Made by a program: the position numbers and the translations under genes. 64,000 bases of DNA from contig JAAOMT010000664.1 in assembly GCA_016748015.1 (NCBI GenBank), positions 1,121,518 through 1,185,517 of the forward strand, written 5' to 3'. The notes below the pieces were generated by a model. That model saw only the letters and a program-made list of their open reading frames with translations, was not told where the DNA came from and searched no databases. Positions 39,288-52,229 of the stretch are shown here, piece by piece; position 1 is the stretch's first letter; every line of letters begins with the position of its first letter. Source of the DNA: Geosiphon pyriformis uo1. Taxonomy: Eukaryota; Fungi; Glomeromycota.

Positions 39288-40025
39288 TGTTACAGTTTAA
39301 GAATTTAGCAAAAAGAATCATAAAAATAATACAAACTATTCAATCATAATATAGCACAGTAATAATCTTAGAANNNNNNNNNNNNNNNNNNNNNNNNNNN
39401 NNNNNNNNNNNNNNNNNNNNNNNNNNNNNNNNNNNNNNNNNNNNNNNNNNNNNNNNNNNNNNNNNNNNNNNNNNNNNNNNNNNNNNNNNNNNNNNNNNNN
39501 NNNNNNNNNNNNNNNNNNNNNNNNNNNNNNNNNNNNNNNNNNNNNNNNNNNNNNNNNNNNNNNNNNNNNNNNNNNNNNNNNNNNNNNNNNNNNNNNNNNN
39601 NNNNNNNNNNNNNNNNNNNNNNNNNNNNNNNNNNNNNNNNNNNNNNNNNNNNNNNNNNNNNNNNNNNNNNNNNNNNNNNNNNNNNNNNNNNNNNNNNNNN
39701 NNNNNNNNNNNNNNNNNNNNNNNNNNNNNNNNNNNNNNNNNNNNNNNNNNNNNNNNNNNNNNNNNNNNNNNNNNNNNNNNNNNNNNNNNNNNNNNNNNNN
39801 NNNNCAGACAGTGGGTAGATTTCAGTTCAGCCTCTGAGAAGGAGTACATAAACACACACAACAATCAAGAATTAAAGAATAACTTACATCACAACAGTAA
39901 AAAGAAAGCCTTCAGTGTAACAGTGACATTATCACACAAATAGAATTGAGAAACTCACAAAAGACTGATTGCAATTAAAGCGGGATATCAGCAATTAAAT
40001 ATAACAAGAAAACCATCCCGTAACA
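39288..40025 (+). repeat. 3' LTR of Gypsy D (partly N)
   Basis: TGTTACAG...CCCGTAACA; start matches 32165, end matches 33685-33787. Confidence 0.9.
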
Positions 40026-40948
40026 ACGCAGGATAACACAGAATAACATGTAATAATATCAGATAATGTGTTATAACATAGGATAACTAGCGATAACGTA
40101 GAAAAATGAAGCAATAACAGAAACAACAAAGCAATAGCTAGCAATAGCGAGACAATTGAAAGCAATCCTGTAAAACCAAAAGAATGTATAAAAGCAAGTA
40201 GTTGTAGAAGTGAGAAAAGACAGAGAAGAAAAAAATAGATATGAACCTCTAGACCAGAAATTAAAATATTCATACTCCTTCATTCTTTATTATCTTCCCT
40301 ATTTCATTTCCTAAAATAAACCAATTATTAAAAGAAATCAGAATCACAAATTCATGTTCTCAAACTTCGTGGAATTTATGTGAATTAATCCTTGTCTCGT
40401 ACCTCCATTCTAGAACAGATACTCTTAGCATAACCACCTCGAACCTATTAACAATTTGAACCAATTGCTTTTGATTATGGCGATTAACAATACTAATTTA
40501 TCTTTTTTCTCTTTTCTTTTCTTTTCTTTTTTTTTTTCTTTCTTTTTCTGTCTTAATTTTTTGTGAAGCAGCAACATAGTAAAATTGACTGTCTGGGAAT
40601 AGACTTTGTGATAGCCTGGTAAAAGAGGGAAGCTCCCCCTAAGTTTTGGATATTAACATTATCTTGTTAGCTTACCAGAAGGGCGAAAAGACAATGCCAA
40701 ACCCTAACAACTGTGCTCGTTAGCTCAGAGAAGAAAGCTCACATTTACGAAAAATGTTGCAATCAACAAAAGACAAACTCTGTGTCTTATAACCAAAGAA
40801 CTTAATGGGTAAAATTCACATCCAGGAATAGACCTTCAGAAACTGATAATCAAGACTAAGCCAACAGAATTACGCAGAAGATGCATTATCAATAATTAAG
40901 AGCACCAAATGTTACCATTTCCCATACCTACCAAGTTTACCTGTAACA
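40026..40948 (+). repeat. 3' LTR of Gypsy B, remainder
   Basis: Colinear with ~23015-23933; ends TGTAACA followed by TSD gcac. Confidence 0.93.
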
Positions 40949-42155
40949 GCACTTAACCTGAGCATATATAACTAGATGACAATTGATAATGCAAGTTTTC
41001 TCATTCACAAATTAAACAAAGTCCCAGATATTATAAGCATTAGTCCTCATTGGCAATGTATAAAGCAGCATTCTATAATGATCTCTTTTATTTCATGTTT
41101 CTTTGTCTAAATCAGCCCTGGCAATACACACAGCATCCTTTCCAATCAGGATAGACCACTCAGCTGCGACCAAATCAGCATGATTTGATTGCTCAAATTC
41201 CACCATTGTTTTTTGTCACAGCTCCACCAATTGCATCTTGATCGACTTAATTATTCCAAACTCGGATAGTGCAGCATGCACAGCCTTAGCTGAAGTTCCA
41301 ACTGGAATTTTTTTTACTACTACAGCCCAATCTGAACAACCAGTTGATTTTTTGAGATCAGTATTAACCAAAATCTTTGCATCTTTAGCCCTTTTGGAAG
41401 CTTGCATTAAGCTTAATTTGGAAGTAAATAATGTTCTGATGATCCCAGCAAATTTTAAGAGGATAAAGGCCCCCCCAAAACCATTGATTTTTGAAAATAA
41501 CTTTCTGACCACCACAAGCTTTTCTTGAGCAGATTTTCCAACAACATTGTCCAAACTGATATCCAGAATGAAAAATTTCCTAACAGAAACATTAACCAAG
41601 TTTTTTAAAGGGAGAGAGAATATTACAGAACTATTTAATAGAATATTATTATCATCATTATTATCCAGGAAGTTGATTTTGCCCAAGAGCTTGCTCAAAG
41701 CTTGCTTAGTAACCAATCTAAGACTTTTTGGCATTTGGTTAATATCTTTACTCTCTAAAAGATCTCTTTCACCATAATTCACATTTGTTCCTTAATTAAG
41801 AACTTCTCTTCCATATTCACACTATTAAATTCAGTGGTATTACCAGTTTTAGACCCCCAACAACCACCAACAGCTCTTTTAGACAAGACCAGTTCATTAG
41901 GAGCACTATTCTTCAAAACACTACCCTTTTTTTTCTTTTTAGAAACAACATTCTTTTCAATATCTATCTTATTATTAACAGGACCAGAATCTTTAACAGA
42001 CTTTTTTATTACAGCAATACTACAGCCAACAGTGGCCTTATAATCTAACAAAAAAGTTTGGATTTATTATACTGAATTGTAAAAAAAACTTCTTTCAGAA
42101 AAAAACTTTTGACTTTTTTTGGAAATTTTGGACGAAGGAAAGAAAGAAGTTTTTA
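40949..42155 (-). mobile_element. LINE copy 1, 5' segment (5' UTR and ORF1 N-terminal part)
   Basis: ORFs 41216-41782 and 41779-42051 are homologous to LINE copy 2 ORF1 (FSKINGFGGA, AVVVKKIPVG RRM-like); possible TSD acaagttt at both element ends. Confidence 0.88.
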
Positions 42156-42540
42156 CAAGTTTAAATAATTAATAAATTATAAAATATTAAGTAAATAAAA
42201 AAAAATAATAACAATTTAAATAATAATATCTAATACAAAAAATACCTAAATATATAAATACTAAAAAAAATATTATTATTATTAAAGTATATATAAATAT
42301 TCTAAAAAATTTTATTAAATTCATTATTTAACTTATATATTAATTTTAGTTATTGTTTATTATTTATTTAAAGCTAATTAAAAATCTATCAAAAAACATG
42401 ATAATTAAAATTCAAATATTATTTAAAATAACTAAATTATTTGTACTTTGACAATATAAAAAATTTACTAATTAATTAATTATATTATAATTTATTAACA
42501 GATTTTTATTTATAATTATTTTTTTAATTTTGTGTTTTTT

Positions 42541-42584
<44 letters not shown>

Positions 42585-42694
42585 AGTAAGATCCAAACAC
42601 TATCTAGTACTATACATTATACAAATGATCTAAACTAGGTGTGAATAATGCACTTTCTACACATGACCAGTCACTTGGGCCAGTCAGGACAACA

Positions 42695-45600
42695 CTACAC
42701 ACCTATATGCACAGAGACTGTGTCTTCAATACCCGAAAAGAACAAACAAAGCTTGCGAAACCTGAAATTAACCCCAAAAGCTTCAGCAATACCCAACAGC
42801 CTAATCACACCAGTCGAAAATACCATAGGCAAACCAGAAATTGACACAGGAATGGACCCATCTTATGAGATCAAACCACACCTCTCCATAAATGCCCAGT
42901 GTTTGGTGTGGACCAACCAGATGTCATCCCTAAATACAAGACAAAACTCACGCACAAAGCCCACAATCCTTTTAGTACCTTCCTTAGAATCTTTAAAAAC
43001 TAAGACAGACTCCCGAAACCAGTTATCAAAAGCAAAGCTCTTATACAGAGCAACACCAACTCCAACCTCAGAAATACAAGAAGCCAGCACCTGTAAAACA
43101 CATGAAAAAGAGTGAGATAGACCAGAAAGAGCCTTCCAAGCTGAAGCATGAGTGTCTAACAAAGGAGCATGGTCTGCAGCATCCTAAGAACATGAAAAGA
43201 CATGATCTGAGATCTCAACATTACTACAGAACAAACAGACCACACTAGGGTATCTTCTATCATATAAACGCTTGCACACAGCAACAGGAAGCTGATGATG
43301 GAGAGCCTTCATAAAGTAAGTGCGACAGCTTGCCATGCACATGCTGATGAAACTGGAGGCCAAGTGAGAATTGGTGTGCCATACCATAAAAGACTTAAAC
43401 CAATTGACATTAGCATGCAAACTATCAGCCACAACACAAAAACCAACTCCAACCTCCCAACGAGCATGATGAACTGATCAGAAAATATTGTGAACAAAGT
43501 GTTTAGAGTTACCAAAAACTGCCGTACCACCAGCACACAAAAAATATTCACTAACTAAATGAGGCAGACACCAAGCAGAAAGAGTAGTACTTTTGGCAAA
43601 TGCATCAACATGCTCATTGCTTGAGACACCTGAATAACATTTCACCTTAATCCAATTTACATCCAAATTCTTTTGACGAATAATGGTAGCAATGTGGCGA
43701 TGCTCGATCCAACAGCAGTTCCTGAAATCCAGATGAACCAGCAAAGACTCTGACCTACATGCATCCAAAGCAGCTTGGCTATCTGAAAACAAGTCAATTG
43801 AATGAGAAGAAGGAACACACTCAAGAGCCAAAGCTATGGCTTGCAGCTTCATTAGAGTAGAAGAAACCAAACCAGACACCTCCACCCCCAAACCCAAGTT
43901 AATGTCCTCAAAATAAACAGCAGCACCTGCTTTCACATCAACAGTGCCCAGACCAGACAGAGACCCATCCATATACACAGAAAGGTGGGCAGCATTAGCA
44001 GTCAGCAGAGTGTTACAAACCATACCAAAATCATGAGAGAGACAAATATCTGATACAGCATGACCATCCATCAAAGAAGAACCTGAGGAGAGGGGACCAA
44101 CACCACCAAAAAAGTAAACAAAGAGATCAAACCAGAAAGGGATTGGGCCACAAAGGTCTAGCCTTTTCCAACACTTAAAGGCTTTCCAATTAAAAACATC
44201 ACCATTATGGTCATGAAGCTGTTCTACAAAAGCAATTCCATAACGTCTAAATAAAAAAACACACCTGAAAAAACAGGGTTCACCAAGGACCAAAGACATA
44301 AGAATACTACACCAACAGCAAAAAGCACAAGCCAGAGAGCCACCCAAAGACAAATCACATCTGGAAAAAATGCAAACCACACCAGCCAAAAAATTGTTTG
44401 AGGGGTTGACACCAATATGAAATGAAAACAACAAAGGATGACATGGGTGCCAGCTAAAAACTTAAAGATCATAAGACCTATAAGAAAACAGGTGACCCAA
44501 AATGCCAGCAGAATTTGTGAAAGTAACAGCGGATACCAATTTACTCTCAGCCTGAATCTGTTCAAAAGTCTTTAAACCATACAATGAGGGGTGGTGCAGT
44601 GCATTATTGGAGAAATTATGAGGCAGTCCAAACTTAGATTTCAAGATCATGTATACCAAAGCATCCCATTTGTTACAAACACCCACAGAAACAAAACTGA
44701 ACTGAGTCCTATAGCTGATGATAGGAAAAAGAACCGCGAACACCAAATACACATACTGCTTATTAGAAACTGCCTTTCTTAAAACTAAATTCACAAAAAA
44801 CCACACATCTGCCTGGGCTTTAGTTAAGCTGGACTTCGAAAGACCCTCAGAAGATAAAAAAATGCCCAGATAACAATGAGATTCCCCTTTCTTGGCAATA
44901 GAAATAGGCACACCACTGATAGTTAAATGAGGGTCCAACACCCGGCAATTGATGAAGATGGCCACCATTTTGTCATTATTTACAAAAATATTGTTAAATT
45001 TGAAAAACTCACTAGCAATATCAAGGATATATTGTGTAGCAGCCTGGCTGCTACCAACCCAAATAGTATCATCAACAAAAGTGCTGGCAGCAAAAAATGA
45101 AGACAGCCCAGCTTGAGAATTCACCTGGCCAGTTTTGGATATAAAATGAGAATTCAACCTGTAGCCATACACACTATTTAGTCTTTTGACTTCACACAAG
45201 AGTGAATCATAAAATATATACCAGAGAAGAAGAGAGAAAACTTCCCTTTGGTCCAGTCTGTCATAAACACAATACCCATCAGTTAGGCCAAAGTCAGTCA
45301 TCACTCTGTTAACACGACCATTGTGAATGCTGCCAAAAAATCTAATAAACTTCTCACACATCTTAATTCTGACCAGACTTCTCCTGAGAGGTTCCCAACT
45401 AACTGAGTTATAAGCCTTACGCATGTCTTGTAAAACCAACCAGAGTTCTCGGTTTTTTTTCAGGGCATCTTCAATCACTGAACCAACAGCAAAAATGGGA
45501 GACTGAGTTGTTGTACTTTTTAAAACTGAAAAATTGTTTCTGCAAAGAACATCAAAAGTGCTACAAGCCGAAAAAATCCTATCCAAGAGGATCTTGGAAA

Positions 45601-47383
45601 GAATTTTGCGAGCCATTTCAATCAAAGCAATAGGGTGAGTGTTTGTGAGAACTCTCTCCTATTCATATGGTTTAGGGATCATAGAAACCCAAGCTTCTTT
45701 CTAAGGTCCAGGAACTGATTCACTAGCTAAACACAAGTTCAAGAGCACCAAAAGCATATCCAAAACTGATCTGTCACAACACTTCCACAATTTATTAGAG
45801 ATATCAGAGAGACCAGCCGCCTTCCCATCAGGAAAATTTTTAATGACTGCCAACATTTTATCAAAACTAATCGGACACATGACACTAGAAAAAGCATCAT
45901 CAAAAACATACTCTAGAGGCCAATATTGGTGAGCCCAATTTTTGGAGATATTAGAAACCACTCTACGTTTCCTGGTTCACCTCTCCATAATTTCGTCCAC
46001 CTTCGATTTGACAGAATCAGGCTCCAAAATCAACTCATCTTCCATAACCAGATGATCCAAGACCATCTTGCAAAAAGGACACTCCAAAACACCCCTAATG
46101 GTGTGACCCTTGTCTAGTTCAAAACTTTCCATCCTCTTACTAATAGCCTGTTTGATCGAAGAATCCTCAGCATGTTTGGATTCCAACAACTTAGAAACAT
46201 GGTACAACTTCCTCACTTTGGCCAGTACAAAATGAATAAGATCAAAACCAGAACCTAAAAGAAACAGAGACCTCACCACCAATGCACTAGAAGAATCAAG
46301 CCTGTGCCACACCTCCAACAAAGCAGCAAACTCTTTACCAGAAACTGAATGTAAAGCCTTAACCAACTTTGAAACCAGCAATTCTAGCCTATAGAACCTA
46401 GAAGACACCTTGGTGAAAATGCCATCAAAATTTTTAAACCACTTCCTTTTAAAAGTACCATCCACAGAAAGAATCATGATCTTGCAAACAATATCTCACA
46501 TAGCATTCATATCAGAAAATTTCACAGCAGCACCAAACGCACCTAAAAACATAGAGGCATTAGCAGCCGAAGTGTTCTTGAACTCCAACCACTTAGCTCC
46601 ATTGGCATTCTTGATGTCAAATTTCCAATAATCCCTGGTGGCCTGTTTGTGCAACAAAGAAAGCTGCACATCCAACAATCCACCTATACTCACAGACACA
46701 GAAACAGCCCTATGATCAGTATCAAAAAAGTCATCAACACCAGCCACACTACGATCCACAACCACATTAATTAAATTAGAAGAGACAAAAACATAGTCAA
46801 TTGTTTTGACAACACCACAAAAATTGCACCAAGTCAGAGACTTCACAAACGAACTCTCACTCAAAGAGTTGACTAGACCCAAATCGAAACACTTTTTGAA
46901 ACTGGCACATTTGTGAAAACCATCCTCATTGAAATCACCACCAAGAATGACAAAGGAAGATTCATTCACCGCTTTAGCAATGAAAGAGTTAATATCACCA
47001 GCTTGAGAGAAATGAACCACTGAGAAAGTGCCAGCATACAGCCCCAGAATCAATACAGAAAGCTTGTTCTTAAAAAGCAGCCTTACCAACAAAAGCCAAC
47101 CAGACACCTCCAAGACCTTGCACACATGTCTTGCCAAAGAAGAGTTCAAAATAATAGCAACACCAGATTCCATGTGACAAGAATTCAGACCAGAAGTAAA
47201 AACATAAACACTATTAAACCTATCAGCAATCCAAGAGTAAACCTTTCTCTGCAACTTTGTTTCAGTGACAATAGAGACCAGATTGTTCATATCCTTATGC
47301 CAATAAACAATGTCTGCCTGCTTTGCACAATTGTTCATACCTCTGACATTGCATGTTGCAATTTTCCAAATTAAATGAGTCAT
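42695..47383 (-). pseudogene. LINE copy 2 ORF2 (APE endonuclease, RT, RNase H, zinc finger)
   Basis: IATCNVRG, GGDFNE, DTDH; LQDMRKAY, FVDD; VYMDGS, DSQAAL, WIKVK; CLFC...HVFSC. Confidence 0.93.
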
Positions 47384-49326
47384 TGAGAAACTGTGGGAGC
47401 TGACAAACCCAAACCAGAGCACAGAAAATTCAATTTATCTAAAACTGAACCAACTGAAGCCTCCAAAGTGACCAATTTTGTCTTCAAACTGCCCACCTTG
47501 GTAGTAAGAACCTTGGAACTACTAGCACTGAGATCAACAACAGCATCATCAGTAATAGGGGAGGTAACATCAGAAAAACCCAAAGCATTGTCCACAATTA
47601 TATTTGAATTCACCCCAGAACCCAAAGCTGCAGAAGCAACAGGAGAGGAGGCCAGAAAAGAAGAAACTGCAGGAACCATACCAAAGGAATCCAACCTAAC
47701 CAGGATGCCAGAAACACGGTTAGCCAAAAGCTCCAAAGAGCACTCCAAAACTGCCAAATGATCATCCAAATGGGAAACAACAAGAGGATCAGAGACAGCT
47801 AAAGGAGGAACCAGACCAGAATGCAAACCAGAACCAGAAGAACCAGAAGGAAATGCACAAGAGGGGGTGCCACTAGCAACTTGAGCCCATGTCTTGCCAC
47901 CAAACAAAACCAGACAGACAATAGGAGCCGATTTTTTCTTATATATACCAGCCAAATGAACCCGATCATGATCAGAAACCACTCTCTTCTTATGAATACC
48001 AGAACTTTCATCCACAGAACAGTTGACAGTGATATGACCAAATTGTTCACATTTGGTACAACTAGCCAAAACAAGACTAGCCCAATGCAAACTAACACCC
48101 TTGAAAATTGGAATGATATAAACAGCAGCCAATCTGGCAGCTTCATTTTTAAAACTAATAATTGCACACCAATCATGAACATATGAACTAGGATTGCGGC
48201 CAATGAAACAAGTCTTCCCACCATATGATATCAACAAATCAGACAAATCATAAGCAGAAGTACTCACAGACAAAGTATAAAGCATAGCCCGATGTCAATC
48301 CCTAGATACCCACATTTGTTTATCACAAACAGCCAGTGCTACGCAAACTGAATTCTTTCCCACAAGAACAGACCACTTAGAAGCGACCAAACTGGTAACT
48401 TCTGATGACTCAAATTCAATCTGGGCCTTTTGTCAAAGACCAATCAATTGCATCCTGATGGAAACAATCTTGCCAAATTTAGAAAAAACTGATTCCACAG
48501 TCACTTTTGGAAGATCTACTGGGATTTCCTTAATGACCACTTCCCAATTTAAACGAATGTTTGTTTTTTTGAAATTACTATTAACAACAATTTTCTCACG
48601 GACTGCTATTTCCCTGGCCTTAATCAAACTAGACTCATTTGTGAAAGTTGAACAAATAACACCAAGAAATTTTGAGAGAGTTGAAGCTCCTTCAAAACCA
48701 TCAATTTTGTAAAAAATCTTTTTGATTGAAATGAGCTTATTATTATTAGTTCTGTCAGGAACAGCTGACAAATTCACATCCAAAGCAAACGATTTCACTG
48801 GCCTGAAACTACGACTCTCGAGAACACATAATTTAGAAGAAGGCAGCTGATTGGATTCATTGACTTTAGAAAATGACAACACGGAATTGTCGTTGTCTTT
48901 GTTCATAGTAGCAAATAGAAACGCCTTAAGAGGTTGTTCCAATACATACATCCGAGTGTGAGTTCTATGCAGTGTAGTCTCGTCCATTTTGTCATCCCCA
49001 TCTGAATCAATGTAGCTTGTCTCCTTGGCAACTAAGTTCTCCAAATTCTCAACATCTAAAAGACCACTTACACTGCCAGAAATGCTACCCACTCTGCTTC
49101 CCCAGGACACTGCCGGCTTACCATTATTACCACCCAAGTTTTTTAAACATAGAAGACCAGCAGACAACTCAACTGAAATGCCAGCTGTAGGCTTTTTAGG
49201 CTTTTTGTAGAATACACCACGGGCGTAGACCATATCAACATGCTTGTTTTTAGCACTCTGGCGGGTCCCCAAACCAGCCAAACCTGAACCAGAACCACCA
49301 GCAGACAAGCCCACCAGTTCCATCAC
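47380..49326 (-). pseudogene. LINE copy 2 ORF1 (RRM-like repeats, CCHC knuckle, C-terminal coiled coil)
   Basis: EVVIKEIPVDL...FSKFGKIVSI RRM-like segment; CTKCEQFGHITVNC; TGA stop overlaps the ORF2 ATG. Confidence 0.9.
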
Positions 49327-49599
49327 AACAAATAAAGGTAAGTTAGAAGAAATAGTTAACAGAGACTAAGGTAAGAGAGAAAAAGAAAAAGCAATTTCTT
49401 CAAAATTATCTTTTGCTTTTATTGTGGTTAGGAGATTGACGAAAGAAAAGATTTTTTTTTGTTTTTTAATTTAATACTTATTTTTATATTTAGATTTGTA
49501 ATATGTAATTTTAAATTAGTATATTTTAATAATTATTTTATTGTTTATAAAAATTTTATATAGTTTTTTCTAAATAAAATTTATTTAATAATATTTAAT

Positions 49600-51900
49600 T
49601 AATTAATATTAATAATATTAAATCTGTTATTTAAAAAAATTATTCTTTGTTTCTTTAATTTTATAACCATAACCAAAACAAAAAATAAAAAAACTATAAT
49701 TAATAATTTTTTTTGGTATTTCATAAAGTTTTAATTAAAAAAATTTTCTCTGTTATAAAAACAGCTAAACAAAATATTTTGGAAGCTTTTTTCTTAACTA
49801 ATAATAATAAAAAACTGCTTTTGATAATTGTTAAAACATTTTTCTTATTTTTGTCTGGTTTTTTACTGGTCAAAGTTCTTTTAAAAAACACATTTAAGTT
49901 AATTTTAATATTGTTTTTACTTTTTTTAAAAGCCTAAAAGTTTTCAATAACAAATTAGTTAACAAGCTGGTTTTTTTATTATAGTTTCTATATCTGGTGC
50001 TTTTAGTATTATCTCTTTAAAAATAATAATTAAAAAAACCAAAGTTTTAAAAAAGCAAAAATAGCTGTTTATTTCTGTTATTATTACACTAAACTTCTTT
50101 GTAATTTTAAATAAAATTTCTATTATATTATCTAATTTATTACTCAAGATAAGCCAAGATTAATTACTGGCTGTATTATTAAATATGATGCTTTTTGGCA
50201 GATTATCACCAGTTTTAAAAACAAAACAATAGTCTTCTGTTAAATTATTTGTTCTTGAAAATTGGGCTAATCAAATAGAAACTGAATTATTCTTTTTGTT
50301 GGTTTTTAATACTGCTGTTGATAATATTTAAAAAATTATTTCTAGTTGTTAAAAATTTATTGGATAAGTGGTATTTATTCTGGTACTTAATACTACTTTT
50401 AAGATTAAATTGGCTTATATTAAGACTGTTTTTTAGTCTGTACATGATTTTTTAGATGTAAAATCAGTATTAAAAAACAATATAAAGCTTTTTTATATGG
50501 AGTTTACTTTTCAAAAGTTTTTAAAAACTGGTTTTTTGGTTGAGCTTACAAGTTTTGTTTGTCTGGCCACTTTTAAATTGCCAAATATTTGGTGGCTTTT
50601 GAATTTGGTTCTTTTTTTGCTATTATTGTTTTGTATAATATGCTGTTGAATATATTTGCTGCCAATATTAAAATATTATTTAGTGTTTTTAGTAAGATTG
50701 TCTGTGTTGTAGTGAAATTTACTGGTGTTTAACAATATGTTGTTGTTTATTTTAAAAAGCTAAATGCTGTTGTATTTACTTTGAATTATTAGTTAGTATT
50801 AATAAGCAAGAATAGTATTAAAATTTTCTTTTTAATTAATCAAAATAAGACTATTTTGTCTTATAATAAATTTAAACTTAAGTTGATTAATTTTTTTTTT
50901 AATTGTACTGTTGTTGAGATTAATAATATAATCTCTTAAGTTGGTGATCAAACTTGTTTTATTTTCTGCTTTTTTGATTTTGGTCAATATTTTTGGTTTG
51001 TACTAATTATGTTTAAATCTTAAAGTGATTTAAATACTACAGTAATTAAGACTAGTACACTAAAAAAATGCTATATTTGATAGAAAACTTTTAATTGTAA
51101 ATGCTATTTTAGATATTAAAAAGTAAGCCATCTAGTTATAAACTGTAAAATGTTTTTACCTTTTTCTTCTAAAAGTCTCAAAATACTCAAGATGTTTACA
51201 CTATGTTTTATGAATATTAAGTTTTATGTTAAAGCTTCTGGTTTTTTGAGTTCTCTTGAATTTTCATCTTTGATAACTTTATCTTTTTTTTGTAATTGTT
51301 GGTAACTCTTTAGTGTTTTTTTGATTAACTTCTTTAAAATCTGATTTGGCCAAACTATTTGTATTGGTTAAGTTAATTGTTAAGTCTGTTGGCTTTTTAG
51401 TTATTATATTTGAACAATTTATTAAGAATAATTTGGTTTTAAGCAGTATTTTTAATCTCAAAATTAATAAACTTATAATTTATTTGGATTTTTTTAGCAA
51501 AATTGTTGGTAAGTTGGAAAAAAAAGTGCTGTATAGATAATATTAATATATCTGTAATTTAAATTTTTTAGTTGGTATTGATAATAACATATTTTTTAAC
51601 TTGATGTTCTTTTGAGAACATAAATTTAATAGTATTAAAATTAATCTTTTAAAAATGACTAAATGACTGATTTAATTAGTCTCTTATAGTATTAAATTAT
51701 TTGATGTAGTTCAAAAAATATTAACTTTGAATAAGTTTATTTTTGTTGTATTATTATAATATAATCTAAACTGGTTTAAATAGCTAGTTATATATAGAAA
51801 ATTTATAAACTACATTTAGTTTTGGAATATTTAGTTTGTTTTTAATTTCTAGATAATAATTACACTATACTTGTTAAATCTTAATAATAATAAAAAAGTT
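49600..51900 (+). mobile_element. Eroded ORF1-only LINE derivative, copy 1
   Basis: Decayed ORF1-like frame (VGDQTCFI resembles LINE ORF1 YGGKTCFI) running directly into a LINE-type 3' UTR and A-rich tail; colinear with 52230-55310. Confidence 0.7.
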
Positions 51901-52229
51901 AAAAAAATACAATAATATTATCAAAACCAATTTTAAATTAATACTTTTATTTTAAATTAAATTTTTTAAAATTTAAAAGTTTTTATTTTTTAAAAATATT
52001 TAAACTATTATTTTTATTTTTTTTGTTAAAAATTGTTTTATATAATATATATTTAAGTTTTTAATATATATATATATTAAAATATTTGGTTTTATTTGGT
52101 ATTTTTATATTAAAATATTAATTTTAAACTTAAAAAGCATATTAATAATAATTATTTTTATTTTAACTTGAAATTTTTTTTAATTTATATTAATTAAATA
52201 ATAATTTTTAAATTGTTTTTTATTTTTAT

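Larger units (their letters stand above)
32165..40025 (+). mobile_element. Ty3/Gypsy element D (youngest), with internal deletion of the integrase core and ORF3; contains assembly gaps
   Basis: LTR starts at 32165 and 39288 are identical over the visible overlap; TSD acgc (32161-32164 and 40026-40029); PBS TGGTGAACTCTACGAGG at 33790; PPT aaaagaggggataa. Confidence 0.93.
22896..40948 (+). mobile_element. Full-length decayed Ty3/Gypsy element B, inserted in ORF1 of LINE copy 1; its 3' LTR is interrupted by element D
   Basis: 5' LTR 22896-23933; 3' LTR 31990-32164 plus 40026-40948; TSD acac/gcac (one G>A change); PBS at 23936; PPT just before 31990. Confidence 0.95.
42546..49459 (-). mobile_element. 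LINE copy 2, full length and decayed (ORF1 + APE-RT-RNase H-CCHC ORF2)
   Basis: Long poly-T ending near 42581; 13-bp TSD tgttttttaattt (42533-42545 and 49460-49472); complete domain series. Confidence 0.95.

Noticed and set aside
39340-39864. ORFs spanning N runs (also 32420-32761)
   Set aside because: Artefacts of assembly gaps.
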